Source of the DNA: Takakia lepidozioides
Taxonomy: Eukaryota > Plantae > Bryophyta
Assembly (NCBI GenBank): GCA_030704615.1
Contig: CM060733.1
Coordinates: 22,010,001-22,074,000 of the forward strand
DNA length: 64,000 nucleotides
Direction: 5' to 3'
The notes beneath the pieces are model-generated. The model worked only from the letters and a program-made list of their open reading frames with translations, was not told the origin of the DNA and did no database searches. A program made the translations under genes and the position numbers. Of the stretch, positions 36,567 through 48,349 are shown in pieces. Position 1 is the first letter of the stretch. Each line of letters opens with the position of its first letter.

Positions 36567-39460
36567 TTGCTTTACATTAGAGAAGTGAAGGGAGAAGGCG
36601 ACGGGGAGTCGAGCCCAGATTGGATCAAGGGGATTTTGGAGAAATACCAAGATGTGATGCCGGAGGATTTACCAAGCGGCTTGCCACCGCGAAGAGGAGT
36701 TGACCACAAGATTGAGGTGATACCGGGATCGGAACTGCTCGCCAAGGCGCCATACCGGTTGAGCCACAGAGAGTTGGTCGAGCTGAAGACTCAGCTCAAG
36801 GATCTAATGTCAAAGGGGTACATAAAACCGAGTAAGTCACCTTACGGAGCCCTAGTGCTCTATTCGCAGACAAGAAGGATGGGACGCTGCGGATGTGTGT
36901 CAATTACAGGGCTTTGAATAAGGTGACTATCAAAAACCGGTACCCTTTGCCAAGGATCGATGACCTCTTCGATTGGTTGGCAGGAGCGAAGTATTTCAGC
37001 CGGATCAATTTGCGCTCCGGCTATCATCAAATTCGAGTGGTGGAAGGAGATGAGGAGAAGACAGCGTGCAGGACGAGGTATGGTTCATATGAGTTCTTGG
37101 TGATGCCTTTTGGGCTCACCAATGCACCCGCGACCTTTAGCACGCTGATGAACAGCCTTTTCCAGGAGTGGTTGGATGACTTTGTGATCGTGTACATCGA
37201 CGACATCGTGGTGTACTCGAAAACAAAGGAGGATCACCTGGAGCACCTAAAAAGGGTGTTCCAGAAATTGCGGGAAGGGAAGCTGTACGCCAAAGCTTCA
37301 AAGTGCGAATTCGGGGTCACTAAAGTGGAGTTCCTGGGGCATGTGATTACACAGGATGGGATCAAAATGGATGACAGAAAGGTGAGGGCAATCTTGGACT
37401 GGGAGCCTCCGACTTCGGTCTCGGGAGTGCGATCCTTCCTAGGACTCGCCTCCTATTACCGGAAGTATGTGAGAAATTTCGCCAAGATCGCGGGGCCGCT
37501 GTCGGACCTTCTGTATAAATCAAAAGCCTGGGTATGGAACACCTTTTGTGGCCAAGCTTTTACTGAATTGAAGCAGTGGATGGCGGAAGCTCCAGTCTTG
37601 AAAATCCCGGAGTTCGATCGTCCGTTCGAGATTCATACAGATGCGTCGGACTTCGCGATTGGGGGTGTACTTATGCAAGATGGACGTCCAGTGGCTTACG
37701 AAAGTAAGAAACTGAATGAAGTGGAGCGACGGTGGCCGACGCACGAAAAAAAGATGAAGGCGGTGGTGCATTGCCTTGAGCTTTGGCGCCACTATGTTGG
37801 TTCCAACCCAGTGAAGGGGTTCACGGACAATGTCACAGTGAAGTATTTTGCCACGCAGCCCAAGTTGTCCCCAAAACAACTTAGGTGGCAAGATACTTTG
37901 GCGGTGTTTGACGTGGATATCCAGTACAAGCCGGGACGGGACAATGTGGTGGCTGATGCTTTAAGTAGAAAGCAGCAACTCATGTTGGTGTATAGGGGCG
38001 AGACGGCGCTCCAAAGGAAGATCCGGAAGGCTTGCCGGAAGGATGAGCTGGCGAAGTCCGTGATGCAGGACTTGAGGATGGGGGTTAAATCACAGTTCCA
38101 CTTGCAAAATGGACTACTCCGGTATAAGCAAAAGCGTCTCTACGTGTCGAAGGGAGGGATCAGAGATAGTCTCTTGAGAGAATGCCATGATAGCCTGCTT
38201 GCGGGCCACGGCGGAGCCAAGCGCACTGCGGCACTCTTGAAGAAAGAGTATTTCTGGCCCAAATTGAGGGAGGAGGCAGAGGAGTATGTCCAAACATGCA
38301 CCACATGCCAACAAAACCGGAGCGAGAACAAAAAGCAAGCGGGGCTGTTACAACCCTTGCCGATCCCAGAAGGGACTTGGGAAAGCGTCTCGATGGATTT
38401 CATGACTGCTGTGCCGCTGTCAAAAGGATTCGATGCAATCATGGTGGTGGTGGATAGGTTCAGTAAAATGGGCCATTTCATCCCCACCAAGGAGACGGCA
38501 ACGGCGCAGGAGACAAGGCGACTTTACTTCGCCCACGTCTTAAAGCATCATGGAGTCCCGAAGGATGTTGTCTCGGACCGCGATCCAAAGTTTACGAGTA
38601 AATTTTGGAGGACACTTTGGAAGAAGATGGGGACGAGGCTGAAGATGAGCACCACCTTCCGACCTACGACCGACGGCCAAACGGAAAGAGTGAACTCCGT
38701 AGTGAAGCTGATCTTGCGGAATTACGTGTCGGCAGACCAATCAGACTGGGTGGAACACTTAGACGCGGTAGAGTTCTGTTACAATAACACAAAACACTCC
38801 GCAACGGGAGTTTTCCCTTTCGTATTGGTCTATGGAAAAGCACCTCCGGTGCCGACAAGTTGGGCCGCCCAGGACGTTGAGGAACCGGCAGTAGCGGCGG
38901 TACTGGAAGAACGCGAGCGTTTGTTGAAGCTCGCAAAGTACAACATTGCCAAAGCTAGGAAATGGTATGAAAGGCAGGCGAATCGGAAGCGGAGGGAAGT
39001 GAAGTTTGAGGCAGGCACGGAGGTCTGGTTGAACATCAAGAATTTCCGACTACCTCCGGAAGTGAGTCCGAAGTTCGTACCTCCGTATGCGGGATCCTTT
39101 TGCATCCGGAAGGTTATGAATGAGGATGTGTATGAATTGGAGCTGCCGGCAAACAGCAAGGTGCACCCAGTATTCCACGTCTCCCTTTTGAAGCCTTACT
39201 TCAAAGATGAAGCGCGTCCGAATCGGCATCAAGTGTTGCGTCCGCCACCTGTACTGTTGGATCATGAAAATGAACCTGAGTATGAGGTGGAGGCAGTGCT
39301 TAAGTTGAGGAGGTTCAAGAACCGAGAAACGGAGTATCTCGTGAAATGGAAGGGCTATCATCATGTGGAGGCATCTTGGGTGCGTGCCTCAGAAATGGGA
39401 AACGCATCCGAGGCGGTTACAGCGTTTGAAGGGCGACCTCAAAAGCGGAAGAACCGTTGA
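36567..39460 (+). CDS. pol: pol: RT, RNase H, integrase, chromodomain (frameshift near 36860)
   Basis: YIDD; [12 protein letters not shown]; HHCC and D,D35E integrase (SMDF, SDRD, QTER); [10 protein letters not shown]; EYEVEAVL...YLVKWKGY...SW chromodomain. Confidence 0.97.
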
Positions 39461-40365
39461 TGGGGACATCAACCTTGGAGCGTGAGGGAGGATTGCATGC
39501 TTGCATGCTTAGCCCGGCTTAGCTAGCTCAAGAATCCGATTGCAAAAACTTATATTGTACAAAATTTGTTATAAAGGAAGTGGTTTCCAAATGTTGTGCG
39601 TCCTATTTTGTATGGAATGGTGATGCATGGTATGGTTGGCTAGTGTGTAGAATGCATGCTAGCTTACAAAAGTGGGAGAGGTAAATTGGGTTAATCGTGT
39701 GTTTGCGCAGTGCCGAAATCGGGTGACTCCCATCCAAGGAAACTTGCGTCTTCTTTGGGAGTTCACGTGCTAGTGCGCACCTAGCGCGTGCACGTATTAT
39801 AACTGTGCTACCGAGGGGGTTGTCTTGTAGTGCGGGCTAAGGCGGAAGCTACGTGCTTCCGTTCACGTACTATAATCGTGTAGCCTTGGGACGAAGTCGT
39901 AGTGCGGCTTCGGCGTGTTCCCGTACCTCAGGCCAACATTCCAAGGCGGACCCAATTGTAGTGATTGGGGCGCACGGTTGGTTCAAGGTTATCTTCCTAG
40001 TCAAAGAGGGTTCGAGGTGAACCCTTGCTCAAGGTGATGCCCAAAGCGGCATCATGAGCGGTCGCAAGCAATGTTGTTGCAGTAAGGCGATTCGATCCTC
40101 GGGGAGGATCGTTCCTTGGCCTTGAAGTAGGCCAAGAAGAGTGCACTGGGAGGAGCTTGAGAGGCTCCACCCTTGGCCGGGACTTGGAGGAAGTCGGCCG
40201 AACTAGCTAGTAGAGAGTAGAGTCAAGTGTAGGGTTTGGTTCTTTGCCATGGGACGCCATGGTGCGGAAACAAACTCCTTGATGTGGGATGCCACAGCTT
40301 GGATGTTTGTTTCTACAAAATGGACAAGTCGATGAGGACATCGACTCCCTATTGGTAGGGGTGTG

Positions 40366-41092
40366 TGTCGCGGCCCTTTGCCTTGAGGGCAGGGGGTCGG
40401 GACACAGACAGGGCTGCCCCTGTGGTGGGGGCAGTAGCAGCGATAGGTACGGGGGCTGAGGCACCCTTGAGTGCCCAAGGCACTCAAGGAGGCGGAGGCG
40501 CTCACTAGGCGGAGCCCCGCACTCCGGGTTGCGGTGGGGGTGGCTCCACAAGGGGTGGTGGTAGCTTAGCGGGACTTAGTGGGGGTGGCATAGGACTCAC
40601 CATGGGGTGGAGACCTCGTGGTGGGAGTCGTGGGGAGTCTTGGGACTCATCACGGCCCAATGGGGACGTGGTGAGTGGGCCAAGACTCACCGCGACTCAC
40701 CACCGGGAGTCGAGGGTCTTCGTGGTGGTTCATCATAAAATGGCAGGGTTGTTTGTGAAACCCCCGCGGACAGCTACAAAAGTATATATAAGGGGAGTAG
40801 TAACCCCGAGAACGGTGCAAGCCCGTTGGTGACCAAGAACTAGTGAGTAAGCGAGCGAGCCGGAAAGCGACCAAAGAGTGGGGAGCTGATCCGGACTGCC
40901 ATCTACCAAAGGGAATTGCCACTAGGCCCAAATTGGTGGAGGGTCTTTTGGGAGATCGAAGGGGGACCGTTATGTCCCGGTGAGCAGCCGAAGCTCCAAG
41001 TTGGCCCGGCGGCCAGGTTGGGAGTCAGGCACGCGCATCAAAGCAAGTAACTATGACTTGAAGGGGAGCTTACCGAAGTGAGGTGCGCGACA
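40366..41092 (+). repeat. 3-prime LTR (727 bp)
   Basis: TGTCGCGGCCC...GTGCGCGACA followed by TSD GTACG. Confidence 0.97.
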
Positions 41093-41844
41093 GTACGTGG
41101 CCATAGCTGATCCCGCCCTTGGTGCCGATTTTCTGGTGGAGGTGGGGAAGCACTACTCCCGCGCTCTAAAGCCCACGATGACATTAGAGAAGATGCATTG
41201 TCTAGCCACATCCTGTGTGGATGCAACAGAAAAGGTTATACATTCTTAACCAAATTGTCGTGGCATCAATTCGTTTTTGTGGTGTTTGGCGCTTACTAAT
41301 ATGCTAGGTGGTTGGACAGACCCGGTGGCTCCAAATTTGGAATGGTTCCCAAAGTACAAGGGACATGTGGAGCTTCCCCAAACCCGACAAATTGTCTGAC
41401 CCCACATTCAACATGTGGATGAACCGCATGACATGGTGGTTTCAGGTACTTTCCCACGCTTCATTTGGCGCTTCTACGCTTGTATCGGATGGATTTATTG
41501 TATTTTTTGAGGAAAGCGGTCTGATGGAGAATCTCCACAGGTGCCGACGAATGCGCAAGAGCAACTTGACACACAAGCACATCAGTTCAAGCTGGAGATT
41601 TCTAGTGAAACAGAGAGCCTACGCGACTATGTGACGAGGTACTTTCTGTTCTACAAAACCGACCTATTCTTTCGAGAGATACCCCATGCCCGCCGAAGCC
41701 ACAAGTTCACCGACCAGCCGAACGCGGACAAAGCGGCAATGCGCCTTCTGTACAGGTACATACGTTGTGCCTTTCTTTTTAGTCCCAACATTTCCAAGAT
41801 GTAAGAGGCCTTATGTGGCGCATGAAAATTAGTTGTGGTCCTAG

Positions 41845-42575
41845 GAAAAATGGCGCCGAATTTCCGAATTCGGGCCCTGGGGGATGGTTGTCCAGGGGGT
41901 GGCTGGCACTCAGTCCGGAAATTCGGCGCCGAATTTCCAGTTGAGGGCCCCGAAAATGGCTAAGTCCCTGGGGTGGCTGGCACCGAATCCGGAAATTCAG
42001 CGCCATTTTTTCCAGATCCGGGCAAAGTCAGCTCTGGGACTTAGCCATTTTCGGGCCCAACCTGGGAAAATGGCGCCGAATATCCAGTGCAGGGCCCTGA
42101 AAATGGCTAAGTCCCTACAGTGGCAGGCACCAAAACCGGATATTCGGCGCCATTTTTCCAGTTCCGGGCCCAGTCAATTCTGGGACTTAGCCATTTTCGG
42201 GCCCAACCAGGGAAAATGGCGCCGAATTTCCAGTGCACAGCCCTGAAAATGGCTAAGTCCCTTTAGAGGCGGGCACCTCAACTGGAAATTCGACGCCATT
42301 TTTCCAGTTCCGGGACTTAGCCATTTTCGGCCCCAACCTGGGAAAATGTCGCCGGTTTTCCAGTGCAGGGCCCCGAAAATGGCTAAGTCCCTAGTGTGGC
42401 AGGCATCGAAACCGGAAATTCGGCGCCATTTTTCCAGTTGCGGCCCCAGTTAGGGAAAATGGGAAAATGGGAAAATGGCGCCGAATTTCCAGTTGAGGGC
42501 CCCGAAAATGGCCAAGTCCCTGGAGTGGCTGGCACCGAAACTGGAAATTTGGCGCCATTTTTCCAGTTCCGGGCC
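41845..42575. repeat. Intronic fold-back array containing the same GGCGCC palindrome (~147-bp period)
   Basis: GGAAATTCGGCGCCGAATTTCC at 41917-41938 and many variants; GAAAATGGCTAAGTCCC alternates with its reverse complement GGGACTTAGCCATTTTC. Confidence 0.93.
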
Positions 42576-45500
42576 TAGTCATTTTCATTCCCTAAAATTT
42601 ACCTCGTTCCCGGGACCTCATTCTGTGTGTTTCTTGAATGCAGGTACTGCAAGTTCTCCCTTTTGGAGAAATGACATCTGCCCTTTGAGCCGCCATTCTT
42701 CCTCGCATGGAGGAACCCTGGGGGCTGACTCCATGTACACTGACGTTATTGTGAAGGACTGACATCTGGAACATTTGCGCGACTGCCCTTGGTATGTGGA
42801 CCTTCCGCCCAGCTCGCTCGACCCATCCGAGTTTCAATTGAAGCTGGATGCTGAGGCTCGACCAAACCGGGCTTCGCTGCCTCCGCTGGGTCCAAAGGAG
42901 GCGAGAGCGCTTGCCCAGTCCAGGAAAGCGGCAGAGCTTGCTCAGGCAGGTATTCAAGAGAAATTGAATGAGAAGAATAAAGGACAAAAGAAAATGACAC
43001 GGAAACATGGGAGTACAGTAATCCCCAAAAAACAGAAAACCACCGGGGCACCAGAGGAGGCGCACGAGGGGCCCCAAGGGAGTGACTCCGACGACGACTT
43101 TGTGCAAGGTCCTGCGACTGCTGCTGCTGGTACCAAGTCACCGGTCGTCCGGGTTCCCAAGTCAGTTCGGACTGGGACTGGCTCTGCCAAGAAGTTGGCA
43201 TTTGAGGGCGAGCCTACACGGCGGTATTCGGCGGTGACGTTTCCGAAGAGGCCAAAGCTAGAACCCCCAACTATCATCCAATGTGTCAATGAGAGCTTCC
43301 TTGACACTCTGGTTGCCAAGGCGAAGAAGGTGGCACACAACAAGTCTGTGGAGGATCAGAAGGGGAAAGCCAAGAAGAGGGCTCCCAGTACAGAGCCTAA
43401 AGACACCCCTGGTTTTAAATCCATGATGGAATTCTTCACGGATGTGAGCACGGATTGCAAGAGCACTCGGGGTGGGGGGGTTGAGGTGGAGAGAGCCTGC
43501 GATATGATTCTCCTCGATATTCCAGATGGGGAGCTACTAGAGGGCCTGGATGGTGTGCCCACCTGGAACAGGTTTACTGAGGACTACTGGAGAGCTGGGT
43601 TTGGGCTAGCGGGGATGCTCCTGGATGACGGTGGATGTATGGTGGTCCTTGCCACAAGAGGGAAGACCATAGACGATGTTGTGGCAAGGTGGACACCGAA
43701 AAGTGTCACCCCGGTCCTCCTCAAAAAATGGTTCTGCATCAATACGCAGGGGTTGCAAACAGAGGGCCAGAGTATAAGTTATCAGTCTATTGCATTCATT
43801 TCATATTGTGGTGTATCTGAACTAGACCCTGGAGTTGATCCCTCTTTTGTTGGATGTGTAGACATTGGTGTTTGAGGCATATTGTTTTGTGAAGAGAGGG
43901 TCTACGTTCAAATTCCGCAACGACGGTCGTCTTGTTGATGCCGCTGGGGACCCTGTTACCTACGATGTCCTTTACAACTATGTGCCCCACTCCAGTATGC
44001 CGAAGGACACAAAGACAGGCAAACCATGGCGGTACAGCTGGACCCGGAGCCCTGCTTTCATCCAAACCCTCATGGAGACGTGCTCGGATGTCCAAGGGCA
44101 GATTCTTGACCTCACATGCAGCACGGGTAAGCCTTCACGTGCACATTTTGTCCCCTGGCCCGATTGCAATTGCATGCCGCATGCTACTAACCGCCCGCTT
44201 TGTCCCTCAGGTGCTTCAATGTGGGCAGGGACGTTGTCCGACATGCATGTCTTCGCCTTCGAGCCAGATACTGCCCTCCACAACTCCGAACTTGCAGCGG
44301 CTGAACGTCTGCCGAAAGAGGAAGAGGCATCCTCGGAGGATGAGGAAGAATCCGACAAGGAGCAGGGGGAGGTACAAGTTGGGATCGAGGTCGAAGAGCC
44401 CCCGGTTTACGAGTGAGTGGTCGCATTGTAAGTTGCCTCCTGATTTCGTGAGGCACCTCCCTTCGCTCTCTTATTTCATTGAAAGACCATTTTTTGCTTC
44501 TGCTGGTATTGACATTCTTAAAGTGGATTTGTTCTTACTGCATGATGCCAAGTACTATAGGAGGGACGTCTACACCGTAGTTCATGGGCAGGAGGAACGT
44601 GTTTTTTTTTGCCACGGGGATTTCATGCCTGGTCCAGAAAGGGACTACATCCTTCCTACTTATGTTGCCCGGCTTGCTTCGGTGTCCATTAGGAGGTCTT
44701 CCAAACCTAGTCGTGTACAACAGATTTTAGACGAGGCAAGCCTCAAGAAAATGAAGATGAGGGAGGAGGCAGCAGCTATTAGAGCCCGTCAGGCTCGTAG
44801 ATTTGTCTTGGATTCTGGTGAGGAAAGTGGGGGAGAAGAGGCAGAAGATTCCCACGAGGTGAGGTGGACAGTCCCCCAAGGAGAGGACGGAATTTTTGAG
44901 AGGCATAGTGGAACTGATGCATCACAAAGCTCGGAGGATGGGGGGGATTAGGGGGATGAGGAGGCAGGCAGGGCAAGTTCCTCGGAGGGTGTAGGAGAGT
45001 AGTGCCCATTCCAGCTATGACAGTTACGACACACTTGTATAGATGTGGCTTGCCACAAAATTTGCATTAAAATGTTGCATTTCATTGCTATGACGAGTCC
45101 ACTGGTGCCAAATTCCAACTTGATATGACCCTATTTCCGTGCCTCCTAACCCTATTTCTGTGGACACACAATGGTCCGCTCATGCTTTTTTTTTTTTCCG
45201 CTCATGCTCATGCCGCTCATGAAATAGCAACCCCCTTTTGAACATCGCCTTGGTGGACAACCAATGCTTGTGGGAGTGCGACAGCCCCGGAAACAAGCGC
45301 AAAGGTCCATGGTGACATCATCAAAGCTGGAATTGTACGGTATGTACCGTACCCTAGTGGCCAACAATGCGTGTGCAGGCTTGGCAGCCCTAAAAATAGG
45401 CAAAGCGGTCCACAGTGACATGTTCAAAGCTGAAATTGTACTATTTGTCATTTAGAACAATGTCTTAGGGACCAGCAACATGTGTGCGATGGATTTGTAC

Positions 45501-45889
45501 TAGATGGATTTGTACTATTAGAGATGAATGCTGCTATCGCTGCTCAGAGTGAGAAAGAAAGAAGGAAGAGAAATGGGTCTTACCTTGTAAAGATTGTAAA
45601 CAATAGTGGTACAGAGAATGGCAAAGAGAATTATGTCTTAATTAAACAGGGAGGTCTCACTTAGACATTGGAAGTTTGGCTTTCAAGAGGGAAGAATGCT
45701 ACATTTGTATATGGGGTTTTTGGCATTTCAGGAAGCAACTATTAGGGCAGCATTTTAAGTTCAGGTTTCACTAGGTTTTACTGCAATAGATTGTCCTCAG
45801 GAGATAAAGATAAAGATTCTTTAACATCCAGTGAATTTACAGAGCCTACTGAGAGAGGGGCTGCAATTTTGCATGCGTGGGGTCTGTAG

Positions 45890-46549
45890 ATGGAAAGCAT
45901 CCAGGGTGCGACCCCTCCTTTTCGGGAGGAGGGAGTTCTCGTTCACCTTGGTGCATTACGTTGTCCTTCCATGATGCTGTTAGGATGGAGGTGGCTATAA
46001 GGGACAAGTGCCCTCACAAGATTGACATAAGGGCTGTTTACAATGCTGATGTAAGATTCTTATGTCAAGTCTGTAGTATATGGGGAGCCATCACTGAGCA
46101 TAGCTACTTCAGTTGTGGGAAACCATGAAGATAGCAGTCCACTTAAGGTTACCTGATTCTTTCATTGAATTTCTGCACCTGTCAGCAAATACGTAGTTGT
46201 TTTTCCTGGAGTGAATAACGTTTACAAGACGAACAGCCAGTGGATAAATGATTTGTTTGATGATGATGCACAAGACACGTTCCTGTCTAGCGAGGGTGTG
46301 AAGAGTTCTTCTCATATGGTTTCCTAGTGTGAATCTACATTAAAGTTTTGCATTTGAAACTTGGGTTTTTAAGTCTACGTTACAGACATGGAGCAGTGAG
46401 GATGATGACTTGTCTCTTCACTACATCTCAATTTATGGCTGCATACTGATTGACTGTAGTGGTGCTGCAGCCTGCTAAGAGGACAACATATTCAAGCCTG
46501 GGAGCAGACCGAGTCTTCTCTCCTGGAGAGGGAGCTTGTTTCTGACATT
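45890..46549 (+). pseudogene. PRI1: Two-exon fragment of DNA primase small (catalytic) subunit
   Basis: Exon 45890-46050 DGKHPGCDPSF/GRREFSFTL/LSFHDAVRMEVAIRDKCPHKIDIRAVYNAD and exon 46471-46549 PAKRTTY...FSP/ERELVSDI match the eukaryotic primase motifs REFSFTL, PxKIDIG and ERELVFDID; frameshifted. Confidence 0.88.
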
Positions 46550-46629
46550 GTGAGTTTCTGGCCCTGATCTGAAAGTTCTATGTGCATGTGACAGAAATAT
46601 ATCAACAAAAAAAGCATATGAGAAGACTC

Positions 46630-46770
46630 ATAGGAACGGGACACCACCCAGGAACCGGGGAGAAGAGTATGCCACACCCATCAGTAGCAAGATTCGACCC
46701 CAGAATCGTCTCGGTCGCACTTAGTGCACTTAGCCAACTGAGCTACCGACTGTTGGTTTTTAATTTCCGA
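46630..46770 (-). mobile_element. tRNA-derived SINE-like element, copy 1
   Basis: Minus strand has A box TAGCTCAGTTGG and B-box-like GGGTCGAATC; near-identical to 47602-47737. Confidence 0.7.
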
Positions 46771-47601
46771 AGAGCACAGCCGCTCTCCGCCTTTGACTGG
46801 TCCGCTTGCACTTCCCGAACAACAATCGAAACGAAAGCCACGATCAAGATCCGCATCCTCCTCCCCCATGGCCCTATGCACGGACAACTAGGGTTGCAAG
46901 AACCCCTATGCAATCGGCGACGGGGAATTGAGCAATAAATGCTTGGAGAGGAAATGTAGGGGTGATAGAAACGAAATACATGAAAATGTGGAGTGTGATT
47001 GCAGTGGAGAATCAAAACAAAAACAAATGAAAAACAGGAGAGGAACGCAAAGATTGCAAGGTGGTATGGAATTGGAAAGAAGAGCACCAACTAGAAACCT
47101 TGAAGCGGAGTTTCCCTTGCAACGCAGAGACAGACATTCTCCAGTCAGCAAGTGCGAGGTGGCGGTGCCCCGTTATGAGATCTGCGATTTGCCGGTTTAG
47201 TTGGGCTCTAAGAAAATTGAAGGGCAGCCCACCCCTGCATGCAGCCCGGTTCCAAAATGTAAAAATCACCCAGCTATTTGTGCAACTCTGTAGGTCACTA
47301 TATATCAATGTCTTACATTAAATTTTTTGACTTGTACATTACTAGTGCATAGTGACACAAATAAGGTGAATTCTAAATAATGGTTTTCATCTTGTACTCC
47401 CTTTGTTCCGAAATGAAAAGCACTTTTAATTTCTTCATGCATTTGTACCTCTTCATATATTTGTATTTATTCTTTATTTTATTTTACTTTATTGTTTTTT
47501 TCTTTAAAAAAAGGGGAACACCTCGAGGCGACAGCTCACAAATCAGGCCCCTTAACAGTGAGGAGAAAATAACCTCTTTCACAGTAACCCGCGCAGCGCG
47601 G

Positions 47602-47737
47602 CATAGGAACGGGACCAAGAACCGGAGAGAAGAGTATGCCACACCCGTCAGTAGCAAGAGTCGACCCCAGAATCGCCTCGGTCGCACTTAGTGCACTTAG
47701 CCAACTGAGCTACCGACTGTTGGTTTTTAATTTCCGA
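47602..47737 (-). mobile_element. tRNA-derived SINE-like element, copy 2
   Basis: Direct repeat of 46630-46770; A box TAGCTCAGTTGG, B-box-like GGGTCGACTC. Confidence 0.7.
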
Positions 47738-48349
47738 ATGGTAAATCACAAAAAATCAAAAGTGATCACGGAAATCACTGCAGAGAAGCCAACGTCGACA
47801 AACACAAGGAATCTGATACTCAGAGTGCCTGCACATCTTCCAATGATATGAAAAAGTCTAGTCTACAACTCCTAGTAGAAGTCTATCTTAACGCTATTTG
47901 GTTCACTTGACTCACCGCCAAGTGTAGCCAAAACACAACTTCAAGAATATTCACACCTAACCTCCATTCTCAATGCCACCTGATGCCCAGTGCACTACAA
48001 CACACAACCATGCCTTGGTGTTGAACCAATTGACCTGCCGACTCCCCTGGAAACAAAATTATTCTGGAATTCCTGCAAACTTGTCACACCATCGTATCAG
48101 TGTAACACAAAGCTGATGAACTCATTGATTGGTTCATGAAAACATACTTGTCATTAATTTGTCCCCCTTTTTCACAGGTTCTTGAAGTTGGTCCACGGTT
48201 GAATATAGAAGCAGTCTAACTTAGTAGTATACTTCTATAGTGTGGAAAGGTGTGACAGCAACAAGAGAATATAGAAATGTAATAGAGCCAGTATCCCAAT
48301 GAATCTCACCTACTCAATACTCCATGAGCCATCACAAAATTTGTCCCCG

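Larger units (their letters stand above)
33389..41092 (+). mobile_element. Full-length Ty3/gypsy chromovirus (Galadriel-like), non-functional
   Basis: LTRs 33389-34114 and 40366-41092 (TG...CA ends, about 20 differences by eye); TSD GTACG at 33384-33388 and 41093-41097; PBS; polypurine-like GGTAGGGG before the 3-prime LTR. Confidence 0.98.
31421..44951 (+). pseudogene. Multi-exon gene for a ParB/Srx-like domain plus beta-class amino (N4C/N6A) DNA methyltransferase-like domain; disrupted by stops, frameshifts and the gypsy insertion
   Basis: Reconstructed exons ~31421-32831, ~32953-33138, ~33241-33388 joined to 41098-41233, 41308-41445, 41541-41754, ~42644-43773, 43862-44126 and 44211-44951. 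ParB-like VRPALPGDIDKLKFSFREGY...YVWDGNHCLLAW (32432-32705); MTase motif IV-like CDMILLDIPDG (43498-43530) precedes PWRYSWTRSPAFIQTLMETCSDVQGQILDLTCSTG/ASMWAG...HVFAFEPD (motifs X, I, II); KKKKKAK NLS-like run at ~31650. Confidence 0.75.

Noticed and set aside
41779-42762. ORFs MAPNFQLRAPKMAKSL...
   Set aside because: Translations of the intronic repeat array.
31421-44951. Bacterial contamination as the source of the ParB/MTase motifs
   Set aside because: The motifs are split by spliceosomal introns, and the gene is interrupted by a plant LTR retrotransposon with a TSD.
45335-45360. Hairpin GTACGGTA-TG-TACCGTAC followed by CCTAGTGG as a Helitron 3-prime end or CACTA terminus of the big element
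   Set aside because: Hairpin-to-CTAG spacing is too short for a Helitron, no matching left CACTA TIR was found, and a ~103-bp-period repeat (45304 and 45407) spans the site.
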